64,000 nt of DNA. Source: a virus (lineage: Duplodnaviria > Caudoviricetes). Under the pieces are notes generated by a model. The model had not been told where the DNA came from, ran no database searches, and saw only the letters and a list, made by a program, of their open reading frames with translations. The stretch is from positions 1,316-65,315 of IMG/VR virus record IMGVR_UViG_2852574111_000002, one strand, 5' to 3'. Position 1 is the stretch's first letter, and each line of letters begins with the position of its first letter. Made by a program: the position numbers and the translations under genes. This document shows positions 19,242 to 28,823 of the stretch, piece after piece.

Positions 19242-20492
19242 TTAATTCAACTCACTAGGCGCCATGATCGCGCTATGGTCGCGCCTGCCGCCGCGTGCTG
19301 ACGGCCGCGTCGTCTCCCATTCGGGCAGAATGCCGCCCGAAATAGTGTTCATGGCGGACTCTACGGCGTTGTCTTCCGGGAACAGGTGCCCGTAGACATC
19401 CAGCGTGGTGGACACCTTGCTGTGGCCGACGAACGGCGCCACCTGATGGCCGTTCAAACCCTTCGCAATCAACAGGCTCACGGCCGCATGGCGTAGGGCA
19501 TGGAAGTGGAACTTCGGCCGGCCGTACCGCTGTCCTTCCGGTGCGGGGTGCGCAAGGCCAGCCTTCTTCATCAGAGGACGCCAGACGCCGATGTCGAAGC
19601 CGGAGCGCATGTTCTTGCCGCCGCACGACATGAACAGGAAGCCCTCGTCAGGCCCGCCGAGATGGTCGCGGAGCTCGGCCAGCGCGGCGCGGACGATCGG
19701 CACCATCGGCACGTCCCTGACGCTGGCGTGGGTCTTTGGCTGTTTCAACCCGTTCACCTCGGAATAGGAGTGCCTCACCCTTATCCGGCCCGCGGCGAAG
19801 TCGACGAACTCCCATTGCAGCCCGCAGATTTCCCCCAGGCGCATGCCGCAGAACAGGGCGAGCACGACGAACAGCCGCCGCTGCATGAAGGTTGTCACCT
19901 TCTCACCGCTGTCACGGCGACTTAGGGCCGTGAGCAGCGCGGCGAGGTCGGCCCGGCTAGGGATGGCTATCTTCTGCGGGGCGCTCGGCACGCGCACCTC
20001 TCCGTCGCGGACGACGTTCTGCTTTGCATAGCCCTTCTTCACGGCGAACTTCACGACGAGGCTCATCGCCGTGCGGAACTGCTGCAATGAGCCATAGGCG
20101 TAGGCCTTCGAGCGGCTCGTCAGAAAGGCCTGTAGTTCTTCGGCGTGCAGCTCAGTCATGAGCCGGTGGCCGAATGCAGGCAGGAGGTGATTGTCGAGCA
20201 CGCCCTGATAGTTCTTGATGAATGAGCGCGTCGGCGAGCCCAGGTTCTTGTTCCTCACCTCGCAATCGCGCATCCACTCCTCGCTCACCTTGGCGAAGGT
20301 GAGGGTTTGTGAAGGGGCGACGTGGACCCCCTTCTCGATCTCCGTCTCGACATGCGTCCGGTAGCGATCGGCATCCTTCTTTTTCTTGAAGTTCTTCTGC
20401 CGCCGCTTGCCGGCCTGATCGGTGTAGCGCACTACCCAACGTTCGATGGTCTCGCCCTTGTGAAGGCGCTCATATTTGGCGACGCTCGCCAT
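19242..20492 (-). CDS. int: Tyrosine recombinase / integrase of the satellite
   Basis: GMRLGEICGLQW, KT, FHALRH, GH, LDVYGH catalytic motifs; N-terminal arm-binding WVVRYTD. Confidence 0.93.
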   Translation of the reverse strand: MASVAKYERLHKGETIERWVVRYTDQAGKRRQKNFKKKKDADRYRTHVETEIEKGVHVAPSQTLTFAKVSEEWMRDCEVRNKNLGSPTRSFIKNYQGVLDNHLLPAFGHRLMTELHAEELQAFLTSRSKAYAYGSLQQFRTAMSLVVKFAVKKGYAKQNVVRDGEVRVPSAPQKIAIPSRADLAALLTALSRRDSGEKVTTFMQRRLFVVLALFCGMRLGEICGLQWEFVDFAAGRIRVRHSYSEVNGLKQPKTHASVRDVPMVPIVRAALAELRDHLGGPDEGFLFMSCGGKNMRSGFDIGVWRPLMKKAGLAHPAPEGQRYGRPKFHFHALRHAAVSLLIAKGLNGHQVAPFVGHSKVSTTLDVYGHLFPEDNAVESAMNTISGGILPEWETTRPSARGGRRDHSAIMAPSELN

Positions 20493-20572
20493 GGTCGGTG
20501 ACCTCCTCATTTGTGAGAAAAAGCGCCAGCCGCACAGCACGGCGCGGCTGGCAAATCGGCAATCGCCGCCGA

Positions 20573-20980
20573 TCAGTCAGCCGCCCAGCGGACGCCGGAA
20601 GCGGTGAAGGTGCGCACGCGCACATAGGCGCGGGCGTCGCCGATCAGGATCCAGTTTGTGGAGATGCCCCACCGCGCGCTGAAGTCGGACAGCGCAGAAG
20701 CATCTTCAAGGCAGCGGCGCACGGCGCTGAGCCCTTCCTGCCAAGCCTGTGCTGGAAGGGAGAGCGCCCGGCAGCAGAAGGCCAGACGGGCTTCCATGCC
20801 GCTCAGCAGCCCTTCTACCGGCGCCGTGGCGAGCTGAGCGGGATCGATGCCCTCCAGGGCATGGCAGATGCCGTGCCAGTCAGGGTTGATCAACACTGAC
20901 GCGGGGGGATGTCCAATTTTGGATACACTCCCCGCGAGGTCGGTTCCCCCGACCACCGAGAGCATGGGGCGTACCGTCAT
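20573..20980 (-). CDS. Hypothetical protein
   Basis: ATGA-coupled in the operon upstream of int; C-terminal WGISTNWILIGD. Confidence 0.6.
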   Translation of the reverse strand: MTVRPMLSVVGGTDLAGSVSKIGHPPASVLINPDWHGICHALEGIDPAQLATAPVEGLLSGMEARLAFCCRALSLPAQAWQEGLSAVRRCLEDASALSDFSARWGISTNWILIGDARAYVRVRTFTASGVRWAAD

Positions 20981-21234
20981 GACACCCCCCATTCGAGGTC
21001 GCCGTCACTTCCCCGCGCCCATCCGATTTGCGAGCAGAAGCGCGCGTCCGCTTCTGAGGCGCCGAGGCTGGGTTCAGCGTCGCCGTTCTCCTCGAGGTCG
21101 GCGTCGCCTTCCAACGCGTCCCTGAGAGCGAGCGCGCGTTCGATGATGGATGCGAGCGCCTGGCGCGTGGCGATGCGATCGGCGCTTGCCGGCGGAAGCG
21201 GTCCGCCGAAATCATGATCCACAAGCATGATCAA
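20977..21234 (-). CDS. Small acidic hypothetical protein (DGDADLE..EPSLG type)
   Basis: ATGA-coupled to neighbours. Confidence 0.6.
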   Translation of the reverse strand: MIMLVDHDFGGPLPPASADRIATRQALASIIERALALRDALEGDADLEENGDAEPSLGASEADARFCSQIGWARGSDGDLEWGVS

Positions 21235-21638
21235 CCCTCCGCATGCGCGGCAGCGGCTTCAAGGTTAGCCAGCCACGCGGAAAGGGACGATCGGCGGGCG
21301 CAGACCTTCGCTCCGATCTTGAAGGTGGGTGTGTCGCCTTTGCCAGCGAGGTGATAGACCTTCGCCGGTGTGAGCTTGAGAAACGCCGCTATGGCCGGGA
21401 CGCCATAGAGCAAATCCTCGCTCTCCGACGTCTCCCCAGAATTGGGGCGACGTCCCGCCAAGGTGTCTTCCTGGCACCCTGCCCCGACCGCGGGTGCCCC
21501 GCTGGCGCCGAGCATCGCAAGAAGGATGTCCACGCGCTGTAGCTCGCGCTGGATGTTGTTTCGAATTTCGAGAAGCTCCCGCGCGACATCAGTCGGTGGG
21601 ATGCTGGCCGGCTTTATCCGGCTGGTGTGCATGTTCAT
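21231..21638 (-). CDS. AlpA/excisionase-like HTH DNA-binding protein
   Basis: C-terminal DLLYGVPAIAAFL..VYHL..PTFKIGAKVCARRSSLSAWL. Confidence 0.75.
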   Translation of the reverse strand: MNMHTSRIKPASIPPTDVARELLEIRNNIQRELQRVDILLAMLGASGAPAVGAGCQEDTLAGRRPNSGETSESEDLLYGVPAIAAFLKLTPAKVYHLAGKGDTPTFKIGAKVCARRSSLSAWLANLEAAAAHAEG

Positions 21639-21639
21639 A

Positions 21640-21915
21640 GCTGGTCTCTCAGGTCGTCGGGTTTCCACACCCGTGCCCGGTGACAGACCGGGCAGCCGGG
21701 GGGTGGAAACGCGCCTGAGAGACACGTCGGCACGCTTTTAAGGGTCTCCCCTCTGGACATGGCGCACCGCCCCCGGCCATATTGGCCAAGGTCGGGCGCC
21801 CGCCAAGGCGCACCGCACGCGCTTTCGAGCCCGCCAAGGCTCTCACGCGATTACCGGCATAGCCCGCGCCAACGGGCCGACATGCCGTCTCAGGTCCGGG
21901 TTTCCACACCCAATC
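21640..21915 (-). ncRNA. Putative c4/CI-type antisense RNA leader
   Basis: Two direct copies of TCTCAGG..GGGTTTCCACACCC (21647-21672, 21888-21911) and one inverted copy (21701-21731), upstream of the HTH-int operon. Confidence 0.55.
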
Positions 21916-22027
21916 CCATTTATGCGCTGCTTCGCCCCCTCCGCCAAGAGGGGTTAGCGAACGCGCGCCGATTGCGCTATCGAAGCGCCAATGCCACGCT
22001 CCGATGCAGGGTTATTGGGGGGCGAAG

Positions 22028-22873
22028 ATGGCGGATAGAAGCTCAATTTCATTCGAACAAGCTGAAGGCGCGGCCCCTCTGCCCGCTCAGTTGCAATTGA
22101 AAACTGTATCTCGCGAGCTTGTCGTTCGGCTGTATGATGTTTTTCATACCCGTGTGAGACGTGCCAGCGTCGCTCTAGGGCCCGGCTGGATCGATGTGTT
22201 CCGAGATGAATTTGTACGACGTCAGCACAAATTCTCCAATGAATTCTCGGCGAATTGGGACTTCAATCTCCAATACGTTCGACGAACTCTTAATAGCATG
22301 GACTACCTTGAGATATTCGGGTTGCTACAGTGGATAATTCGACATGAGTCGACGCCATATGACTTCACAGAAGCCATAGCAGAGTGTTTGGTTGACTGCC
22401 GGGCGGCATATCGAATTATCGACCATGATACCATAGCGCCGATATCTGACCCGGCCGAGACAGAAGCGCTAGAGTCTGCTCTGGAAGCAGCAAGGTCTTC
22501 TGGCATTTCAGGCGCTCGCTCCCATCTCCTATCTGCAACTGAAGCGGCGACCGCCGGCAGGAACGCGGATTGCATCCGCGAGAGCATCCACGCCGTTGAA
22601 GCTGTTGCGCTGGCCTTAGCGCCAGGGTCCAGAGAGTTGGGCCCGGCCCTCGCAAAGCTCGAGGCCGCAGGGGCGATCCACGGGGCGCTAAAGACAGCGT
22701 TCCGCAGTTTGTACGGCTACGCCAGTGACGAGAAGGGCGTCCGCCATTCTCTCCTCGATCAGGACGCAGCAAAAGTGGACGAGTCCGACGCTCTGTTCAT
22801 GCTCGGCGCATGCGCCTCCTTCGTGAGCTATCTCATTGCTAAGGGCCGAGCAGCCAAGCTGATCAGCGACTAG
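22028..22873 (+). CDS. AbiJ-NTD4-like abortive infection protein
   Basis: SFEQAEG..PLP.QL N-terminus; CIRESIHAVE..IHGALKTAF..LYGYASDEKGVRHSL C-terminus. Confidence 0.7.
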   Translation: MADRSSISFEQAEGAAPLPAQLQLKTVSRELVVRLYDVFHTRVRRASVALGPGWIDVFRDEFVRRQHKFSNEFSANWDFNLQYVRRTLNSMDYLEIFGLLQWIIRHESTPYDFTEAIAECLVDCRAAYRIIDHDTIAPISDPAETEALESALEAARSSGISGARSHLLSATEAATAGRNADCIRESIHAVEAVALALAPGSRELGPALAKLEAAGAIHGALKTAFRSLYGYASDEKGVRHSLLDQDAAKVDESDALFMLGACASFVSYLIAKGRAAKLISD

Positions 22874-22981
22874 CCCCCTGCGACAAGTGAAGATGCGAGC
22901 GCGCGTGCTTGCCGGGATCCTATGAGGATTTGGCGCCGGCACGCAAAACGGTATGATCACGCCGACAACTCAGCATGAGAC

Positions 22982-24664
22982 ATGGACGTGTGCGAAAAGG
23001 TTCTTCTAGGCATATGCCTAACCCGCCCTCCCTTGAACGAAACGGCCGGAATATTCGGTTTTGCTGAGTTTGTGACCGCGTTCGCGCTGCTGATCTTGGT
23101 TTACAATGCAACAGACCCACTCTACCGATTCCGAATATCCGTCGCTCCCCTACCCGTCTTCCGAATAACGTTCTGGTCAATCACACTAATCGGCCTAGGA
23201 TCGCTTGGATCAGATCTCTGGTTTGCGCAGCGTTGGCCCGCCCCCGCATTGGGCGTCTCACAGGCTGTCATTCAAGCTATACTTGGCGCCACGTTCTTAT
23301 CAGTTGCCTTGCTCTGGCTCTGGTTTGCCTTCGTTTCACCGCCGAAATTCGGAAAGAGCAACTACTTACGATTTTCCGGCTCCCTCTACGGCGTGATCGT
23401 CAAGGGATCAGACAAAGAGCTGTCTCAAGTCGCGGGTGAGCTTATTCGTTCAGCTGCTCCCCTGATCAAATTCAGCAGCGCCGCCGCAAGGCGCGAGGCC
23501 ACCCCACCAGCCGTATCTCAGCACGCGTACGACATATTACTACTCCTCGCCAATCGAAAGATGTGTCGAAACATCGTGCATCATTCGCCAACAACAGCCA
23601 TTGCGATTATGCGCGAAGCGTCGATTGCAAATATCGCCGGATTGCCATTGTCACAATTTGCAAAAAACATCACATCGGAGGCACTTTTATACAGCGACTC
23701 ACCGCTTTATCATGAAAACAATTTACATACCTCCGGTCTTCTCGGTTACGTGCGACCATTCAAGAATGCCCTGTATGGAGATTACAAGCTCGTCGAAACC
23801 TTGGCTCGACAAAGCTCGTCACCATTAGACATCGGGTGGACACTCTCGTCGTCACTCACGGTAACCCAGTTGGAAGCGTACTTAGACGCAGTACTCGTCA
23901 CCTTCTCGAATTTTGTTGAACTTAAATCCTGCAATGAGCATTCGATTTCGCTGTATCGGGCGCTTGATGTTGCCAGACACTGTGCGATAGGCATTCGCGA
24001 TGGCGCCAATGAAGACATGCCACCGGACATCAGCCCTCGACGCAAACTGGGCCTCGCTGCTCGATTTTCTGCAAAGATGGTCGAGATACTACAAGATTCC
24101 GAGACTTTGCCGACACCTCCGACCGTTCGCCCGAAGGGTGTTAAGCCACGAGGTGATAACTCTATTTACGCGCATATCGCTGAACTGATGTACCAGCTAA
24201 TCTTTTTGGCTTCGAAGGTGAAAAGTTCACCCGAGGAAGCCTGGCGGATTCAGCAGAACGCGGTATGGAGCCAGATCTTTTCCTACCGTGACAATGACGC
24301 CGCGTGGCGTGCGATATCGTCTCGGCTTCGACGGAGGATTTATGACCATGTTGTCGAATTGGAGACCTTACCGAACTATAGCTCCTCCAAAATACTTGGA
24401 ATGTGCCTAAATGTAATGGATTTGTCGGAAACATACTCGGGAGGAGATCGAGGTTACGCCGCTTTGCAAAAGGTTGTCATGAGATGGACGAAGCGACATT
24501 ATATGACTTTAGCCGAGAAGCACCATTTGGTGGCCGCAGACTGCTTGTCAGGCGGCATCACTTTTGACGCTGCGGAGCGACGCTTGGTTAAGACGTATTT
24601 CTTAGGACTTGGACTGGAGCCGGCGCGCTCCTACCTCAATCTTGATCCCGCGAGGGCGACTTAG
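22982..24664 (+). CDS. 560-aa hypothetical membrane protein (about 3 N-terminal TM helices, helical cytoplasmic domain)
   Basis: Long AT-richer ORF with hydrophobic N-terminal segments. Confidence 0.75.
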   Translation: MDVCEKVLLGICLTRPPLNETAGIFGFAEFVTAFALLILVYNATDPLYRFRISVAPLPVFRITFWSITLIGLGSLGSDLWFAQRWPAPALGVSQAVIQAILGATFLSVALLWLWFAFVSPPKFGKSNYLRFSGSLYGVIVKGSDKELSQVAGELIRSAAPLIKFSSAAARREATPPAVSQHAYDILLLLANRKMCRNIVHHSPTTAIAIMREASIANIAGLPLSQFAKNITSEALLYSDSPLYHENNLHTSGLLGYVRPFKNALYGDYKLVETLARQSSSPLDIGWTLSSSLTVTQLEAYLDAVLVTFSNFVELKSCNEHSISLYRALDVARHCAIGIRDGANEDMPPDISPRRKLGLAARFSAKMVEILQDSETLPTPPTVRPKGVKPRGDNSIYAHIAELMYQLIFLASKVKSSPEEAWRIQQNAVWSQIFSYRDNDAAWRAISSRLRRRIYDHVVELETLPNYSSSKILGMCLNVMDLSETYSGGDRGYAALQKVVMRWTKRHYMTLAEKHHLVAADCLSGGITFDAAERRLVKTYFLGLGLEPARSYLNLDPARAT

Positions 24665-24762
24665 CGGCGGCCGGCCCGTCGTCCTCGCTCGAATAGGCCT
24701 AGCGCGCCCCATCGATATCGAACGGCAAGACGGTGGCGACGTCGACGCAAAGAGAGCTCCGC

Positions 24763-25713
24763 ATGGCTAGTGATGACACGGCACCCACGCTCGTACTCCA
24801 CGATACGTTCGCGCACCCACTTAGTTATACCACCACAAAAATTACAATGTTCTTTGAAGAGGTGGAGATAGGGACAGGCACGGGATTTATCGTCGACTTT
24901 GCCGGTCACTATGCGCTGGTGACGAACTGGCATGTGTTAAGCGGACGACACGCAATCAGTGGCCAGCCATTGCACAGAATGGGGAGCCTTCCAACTCGGA
25001 TTTCGTTCCATGTCACCGCCTTTGTGCAGCAGAAACTTCCATCCGGGTCAATAGATTCGTTACATTTTAAGCCAATATCACTCGACCTATACGACGATAT
25101 GCATACGCCAATCTGGATCGACAATGGCCCGACCGATCCTATTGACGATTTTTCTCTGATTTACCTAGATTTCTTTGCCGATCACAACGACGGTAAGGAC
25201 TACAAACTCAAATCAATTCCCCTTGGGGAAGTGCTATACGTAACGCCAATTGACAAGAACAATACCAATCCGACACCGCCATTTGCTTTGTTCACCAACC
25301 TTTACCCTCCAATAGGATCTGACGTTTTTGTACTGGGTTACCCGAAAGGGCTGGAGTTGACAGGTGTGCTTCCAATTTGGAAACGCGCATCGATAGCCAC
25401 CGAGCCCCAATCCCCGATAGCGCATGGCAGTGTCGGGCGGCAGAACCTGTTCTATATCGACGGCAACACGAAGCCTGGCATGTCGGGCGCGCCAGTTATC
25501 TACATCACGGAACCAGGCGTCCGGCTTGTCACAGACGACGGCGACGCTGTGGATTGGACGCCTGGGGCGCCAATATTACTGGGAGTATATGCAGGGCGAG
25601 ATGGCGTCACTCAGGACGAACATGAACTCTCTCTTGGCCGCGTCTGGAAAACTGCGAGTATCCGCAGCCTGATGTTAGCCGCGATCGGTCGACGACAGAA
25701 GGCCAATGGCTAG
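24763..25713 (+). CDS. Trypsin-like serine protease domain protein
   Basis: GTGF, LVTNWHV (His), DDFSLI (Asp), TKPGMSGAPV (Ser); no signal peptide. Confidence 0.85.
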   Translation: MASDDTAPTLVLHDTFAHPLSYTTTKITMFFEEVEIGTGTGFIVDFAGHYALVTNWHVLSGRHAISGQPLHRMGSLPTRISFHVTAFVQQKLPSGSIDSLHFKPISLDLYDDMHTPIWIDNGPTDPIDDFSLIYLDFFADHNDGKDYKLKSIPLGEVLYVTPIDKNNTNPTPPFALFTNLYPPIGSDVFVLGYPKGLELTGVLPIWKRASIATEPQSPIAHGSVGRQNLFYIDGNTKPGMSGAPVIYITEPGVRLVTDDGDAVDWTPGAPILLGVYAGRDGVTQDEHELSLGRVWKTASIRSLMLAAIGRRQKANG

Positions 25714-25864
25714 CTCATCTGCGCTAAGGCATTTCCCCACCCTGCAAGGCGTCAGGAATCACGATGTGGTCGTTTGCATCGCCCCATCGCGGATTTGCGC
25801 GCCCCGCACCGGTGCTCGACTCCGGACGCCTTCCCGAGCAGACTGGCGCTCTGGGAGAAAGCCA

Positions 25865-25966
25865 ATGAGCGACGATAAGAAAACTCCGCCACCGCCACCG
25901 CCACCACCACCGTCTCCGGAATACGACAAGAAAAGCGGCTGGCCGATCAAACCGACGACCCGCTAG
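25865..25966 (+). CDS. 33-aa proline-rich micropeptide
   Basis: RBS GGAGA; MSDDKKTPPPPPPPPPSPEYDKKSGWPIKPTTR; stop overlaps the convergent gene stop. Confidence 0.45.
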   Translation: MSDDKKTPPPPPPPPPSPEYDKKSGWPIKPTTR

Positions 25967-26457
25967 AGCCCGTACCGCCACGCCGCTAGAGCAACCGAGC
26001 TCGCCAGGACAGGTGCTGTTACGCCGCACGCGCGCGCCGTGCTGAGCCACCATGTGCCTCGGCGATTAACTCCGCGGTTCACTTCGGCCGTCTCAGCCAT
26101 TTGGCCGAGATAGGCCTTCAAGACGTCAGCACCAGTAAGCGCATCGTTCTCGGTAGCCCATCGCCAGAATGCGGGCTCGCGGCCCGGCAAGGCGATGTCC
26201 GCCGATGACAGCACTTTGAAGCAGCACGCCGCACCGGCAAGCAGCGGAATGGCTGCGGTGAGAAGCGCGTAGCCCGCCGCTGCAGGAACGAGCGCTGATC
26301 CGAGGCTTGCGCCGAAGCCGGACGCGGCAGCGATGGACAGGGTCACATAGAGGCTCAGCAGGTTCATAGCCTGCTGGTCAGTGAACTGGATTAGTTCGAG
26401 CCTCGCCGTATGGTGGGCGCGTGCATCTTCGATTGCGATGGCCGTCAAGTCGGTCAT
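25963..26457 (-). CDS. 3-TM membrane protein (Pycsar/SLATT-effector-like topology)
   Basis: DQQAMNLL-TM1-TM2, soluble linker, N..VN.RG..L..A-TM3; follows terL. Confidence 0.65.
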   Translation of the reverse strand: MTDLTAIAIEDARAHHTARLELIQFTDQQAMNLLSLYVTLSIAAASGFGASLGSALVPAAAGYALLTAAIPLLAGAACCFKVLSSADIALPGREPAFWRWATENDALTGADVLKAYLGQMAETAEVNRGVNRRGTWWLSTARACGVTAPVLASSVALAAWRYGL

Positions 26458-26493
26458 GGTGATCGTTCTCCCAGCACCTGCTGAGCTATATGA

Positions 26494-28095
26494 TTACAGC
26501 ACCATCAGCTCCGGCGACCACTCGTCGCTGTCGTAAATGCTGGCACCGCCCTCGGCGCTGGCGCGGCTGACGGCCATGGCGCAGGCGACCGCGCCGTCGA
26601 TGCGATCGCGGCTCTTGCCCTTGTGGAACATGCGGTTGCCGGCGCTGTCGGTGTGGACGGCGATGTTGTCGAAGCACCAGCGCAGGACAGGATGCCCGCC
26701 ATGGGCGAACTGCCGCCCGACGATGGCGCGCTCCAGTTCCTTGACCGCCGGCGCCATGGTGACCCAGCCCTGCCGCATCTCGACGGCCGGCAAGCCGTCC
26801 TCAGCTAAGTTGTTGAGCATGTTGCGCGCGAGGTGCGGATCGAAGGCGATCTCCTGCACCGCGAAGCGCTCGCACAGCCCGCGGATGGTGTCTTCCACCG
26901 CGCGGAAGTCGACCACATTGCCGGGCGTCGGGATGATAAAGCCCTGATCCGCCCATGAGGGGTATGGCACGCCATCGCGATCGGCGCGGATTCGCAGATT
27001 GTCTTCCGGGCAGAAGAACCACGGATGCACGAGGTAGCCGCCGCGCTCGTCGCGCCAGGCGGCGACGACGGCGGTGAGGTCGTGATTGGAGGAGAGATCG
27101 ACACCGAGCCAGCACGGCTCGCCGGCGAGCAGCTCGAGGTCCACCTCGCCAGCACCGGCGTCGTACACGTCCATATCGACGAACGGATCGGCGGAGTGAT
27201 CAAGCCAGATATTGAGGTTGAGCTGGCGGAAGGCCTCGCGGTCGCCGATGCGCCGCTGTCCTTCGCGGGCGAGCTGGCGCAGGCCCTCGAGGTCGGGATA
27301 GCCGTGGGCGAGGCCGGGGTTCACCCGGTGCCAGACCTCTTCATCGGTCCAGTCGCAGTCCCGCTCGGCTTCGAACAGGATCGGCAGGATAGAGGGATCG
27401 TCGACCTCGCCGCGGGCGACGCGGCGGGCATCGTCCACGATGTCCCAGGCGACATTCTCCTGCCCACGGCCGGCCGTGGTGGCGACGACGAGCAGTGAGC
27501 CCTTCTGCTTCACCAGGCCGGAGCGCAGCACGTCCCAGAGGTCGCGCTTGGGCCAGGCGTGCAGCTCGTCGGCGAGCACGAAGGCCGGCGTGCGCCCGTG
27601 CTGCGTGCCGGCATCGGCTGAGATCGCCTCATAGAAGGATCCGTCACGCGGGAAGGTCAGGCGGTTGCGGTAATCGACGACGCGGGTGTGCGCCGCCGCC
27701 TGCGGCACGGTGCGCACGATGCCGAGCGCCTCGGCATAGGCAAGACGCGCCTGCTTGCGGTCAGCGGCGGCCGATATCACCTCGCCGCCCGGCACCCGCT
27801 CCGGCCCGATCGTGTGCAGCAGCGCCAGCGCCGCGGCGAGCGAGGTCTTGCGGTTGCCGCGCGGCAGCAGCAGCACCACGGTCTTGACGATCCGGCTGCC
27901 GTCTTCATGACGCGGGCCATAGATCGCCCGCACGATCCGCTCCTGCCACGGATGAAGCTGGAACGGCTTGCCCGGAAGTGGGCTCTTGGGGTGCTTGAGC
28001 TTGCCGAGCCAGCGCACGGCACGCTCGCCCCGTCCCATGGGATCGGCGATCTCGCTGCCGTCGAATATCCAGGCGGGGAACGTCGAGCGCGCCAT
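26494..28095 (-). CDS. terL: Terminase large subunit (satellite)
   Basis: Walker A PRGNRKTS, Walker B LADELH, GVDLS, RIDGAVA. Confidence 0.93.
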   Translation of the reverse strand: MARSTFPAWIFDGSEIADPMGRGERAVRWLGKLKHPKSPLPGKPFQLHPWQERIVRAIYGPRHEDGSRIVKTVVLLLPRGNRKTSLAAALALLHTIGPERVPGGEVISAAADRKQARLAYAEALGIVRTVPQAAAHTRVVDYRNRLTFPRDGSFYEAISADAGTQHGRTPAFVLADELHAWPKRDLWDVLRSGLVKQKGSLLVVATTAGRGQENVAWDIVDDARRVARGEVDDPSILPILFEAERDCDWTDEEVWHRVNPGLAHGYPDLEGLRQLAREGQRRIGDREAFRQLNLNIWLDHSADPFVDMDVYDAGAGEVDLELLAGEPCWLGVDLSSNHDLTAVVAAWRDERGGYLVHPWFFCPEDNLRIRADRDGVPYPSWADQGFIIPTPGNVVDFRAVEDTIRGLCERFAVQEIAFDPHLARNMLNNLAEDGLPAVEMRQGWVTMAPAVKELERAIVGRQFAHGGHPVLRWCFDNIAVHTDSAGNRMFHKGKSRDRIDGAVACAMAVSRASAEGGASIYDSDEWSPELMVL

Positions 28096-28097
28096 GG

Positions 28098-28511
28098 TCA
28101 ATCGCCCATGCCGAACAGATCGTCCTGCCCGTCATCCGCGGCATTGCGCGCGGCTGGCCGGGAACGACTGACGGGGGTGAGACCGAGCTCGCCGGCGAGC
28201 AGGCGCGCTTGTGTCTGCGCATCCGACGAAATGGCAACGGCGGGGTGCTTCTTCGGGCCGGTCTTGCTCTGGAAGATCATGCCTTCCTTGGCGATCAGCC
28301 GTTCGGCTTCCGCTGCCCGGCCGACAGCAACGCAGTAGTTCGCCAGGGTGGCGACGTCGGTCATGGTGAGGGTGCGGCGCTCTTCAATCAGGATCGGCGC
28401 TACGCGCTCCCACTCGGCGCGGGCGTCGTCTGAGAGCCAGTCCGGCGGATCGAGCGGACCGCGCACCGGCGACGAGGCGGGCACGATGCTGAAGGGCTTG
28501 GCGCCGCGCAT
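28098..28511 (-). CDS. terS: Terminase small subunit, P27 family (satellite)
   Basis: MRGAKP, PPDWLS..A..EW.R..P.L, L..YC, ELGLTP.SR. Confidence 0.88.
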   Translation of the reverse strand: MRGAKPFSIVPASSPVRGPLDPPDWLSDDARAEWERVAPILIEERRTLTMTDVATLANYCVAVGRAAEAERLIAKEGMIFQSKTGPKKHPAVAISSDAQTQARLLAGELGLTPVSRSRPAARNAADDGQDDLFGMGD

Positions 28512-28562
28512 AGCGATCAGCTCTCCCATCTTGAGAACGGATGGTCACTCAATCGCCGCCAA

Positions 28563-28823
28563 GTGCCGCTACGGCAGGCCATGGCGAGGTCGCCAGGAGG
28601 ATGGGTGGTGTCCGGGGAATACGTGCCGACCGATGCGTACCGATTGCTGGGACGGTTGAGAGTCAGCGGCCAGATACGGCTCGAGGCGGGCCAGGCCGAC
28701 CACGATGGCGCCATCTCCTTTCTGCTCGCGCGCGGCTTGGCGCATCGCTCCGCGAACGGCGCGGAGCTGCGGATCACCGACAAGGGGCGCCGAGCCGGTC
28801 GCATCACGAAGACCGCTCCCTAG
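28563..28823 (+). CDS. Small hypothetical protein, antisense between HNH and terS
   Basis: Winged-helix-like end LRITDKG; start uncertain. Confidence 0.35.
   Translation: MPLRQAMARSPGGWVVSGEYVPTDAYRLLGRLRVSGQIRLEAGQADHDGAISFLLARGLAHRSANGAELRITDKGRRAGRITKTAP

Noticed and set aside
21215-21223. TGATCCACA DnaA-box-like 9-mers (also reverse complement at 7145-7153)
   Set aside because: Isolated, inside coding sequence, and expected by chance in 64 kb
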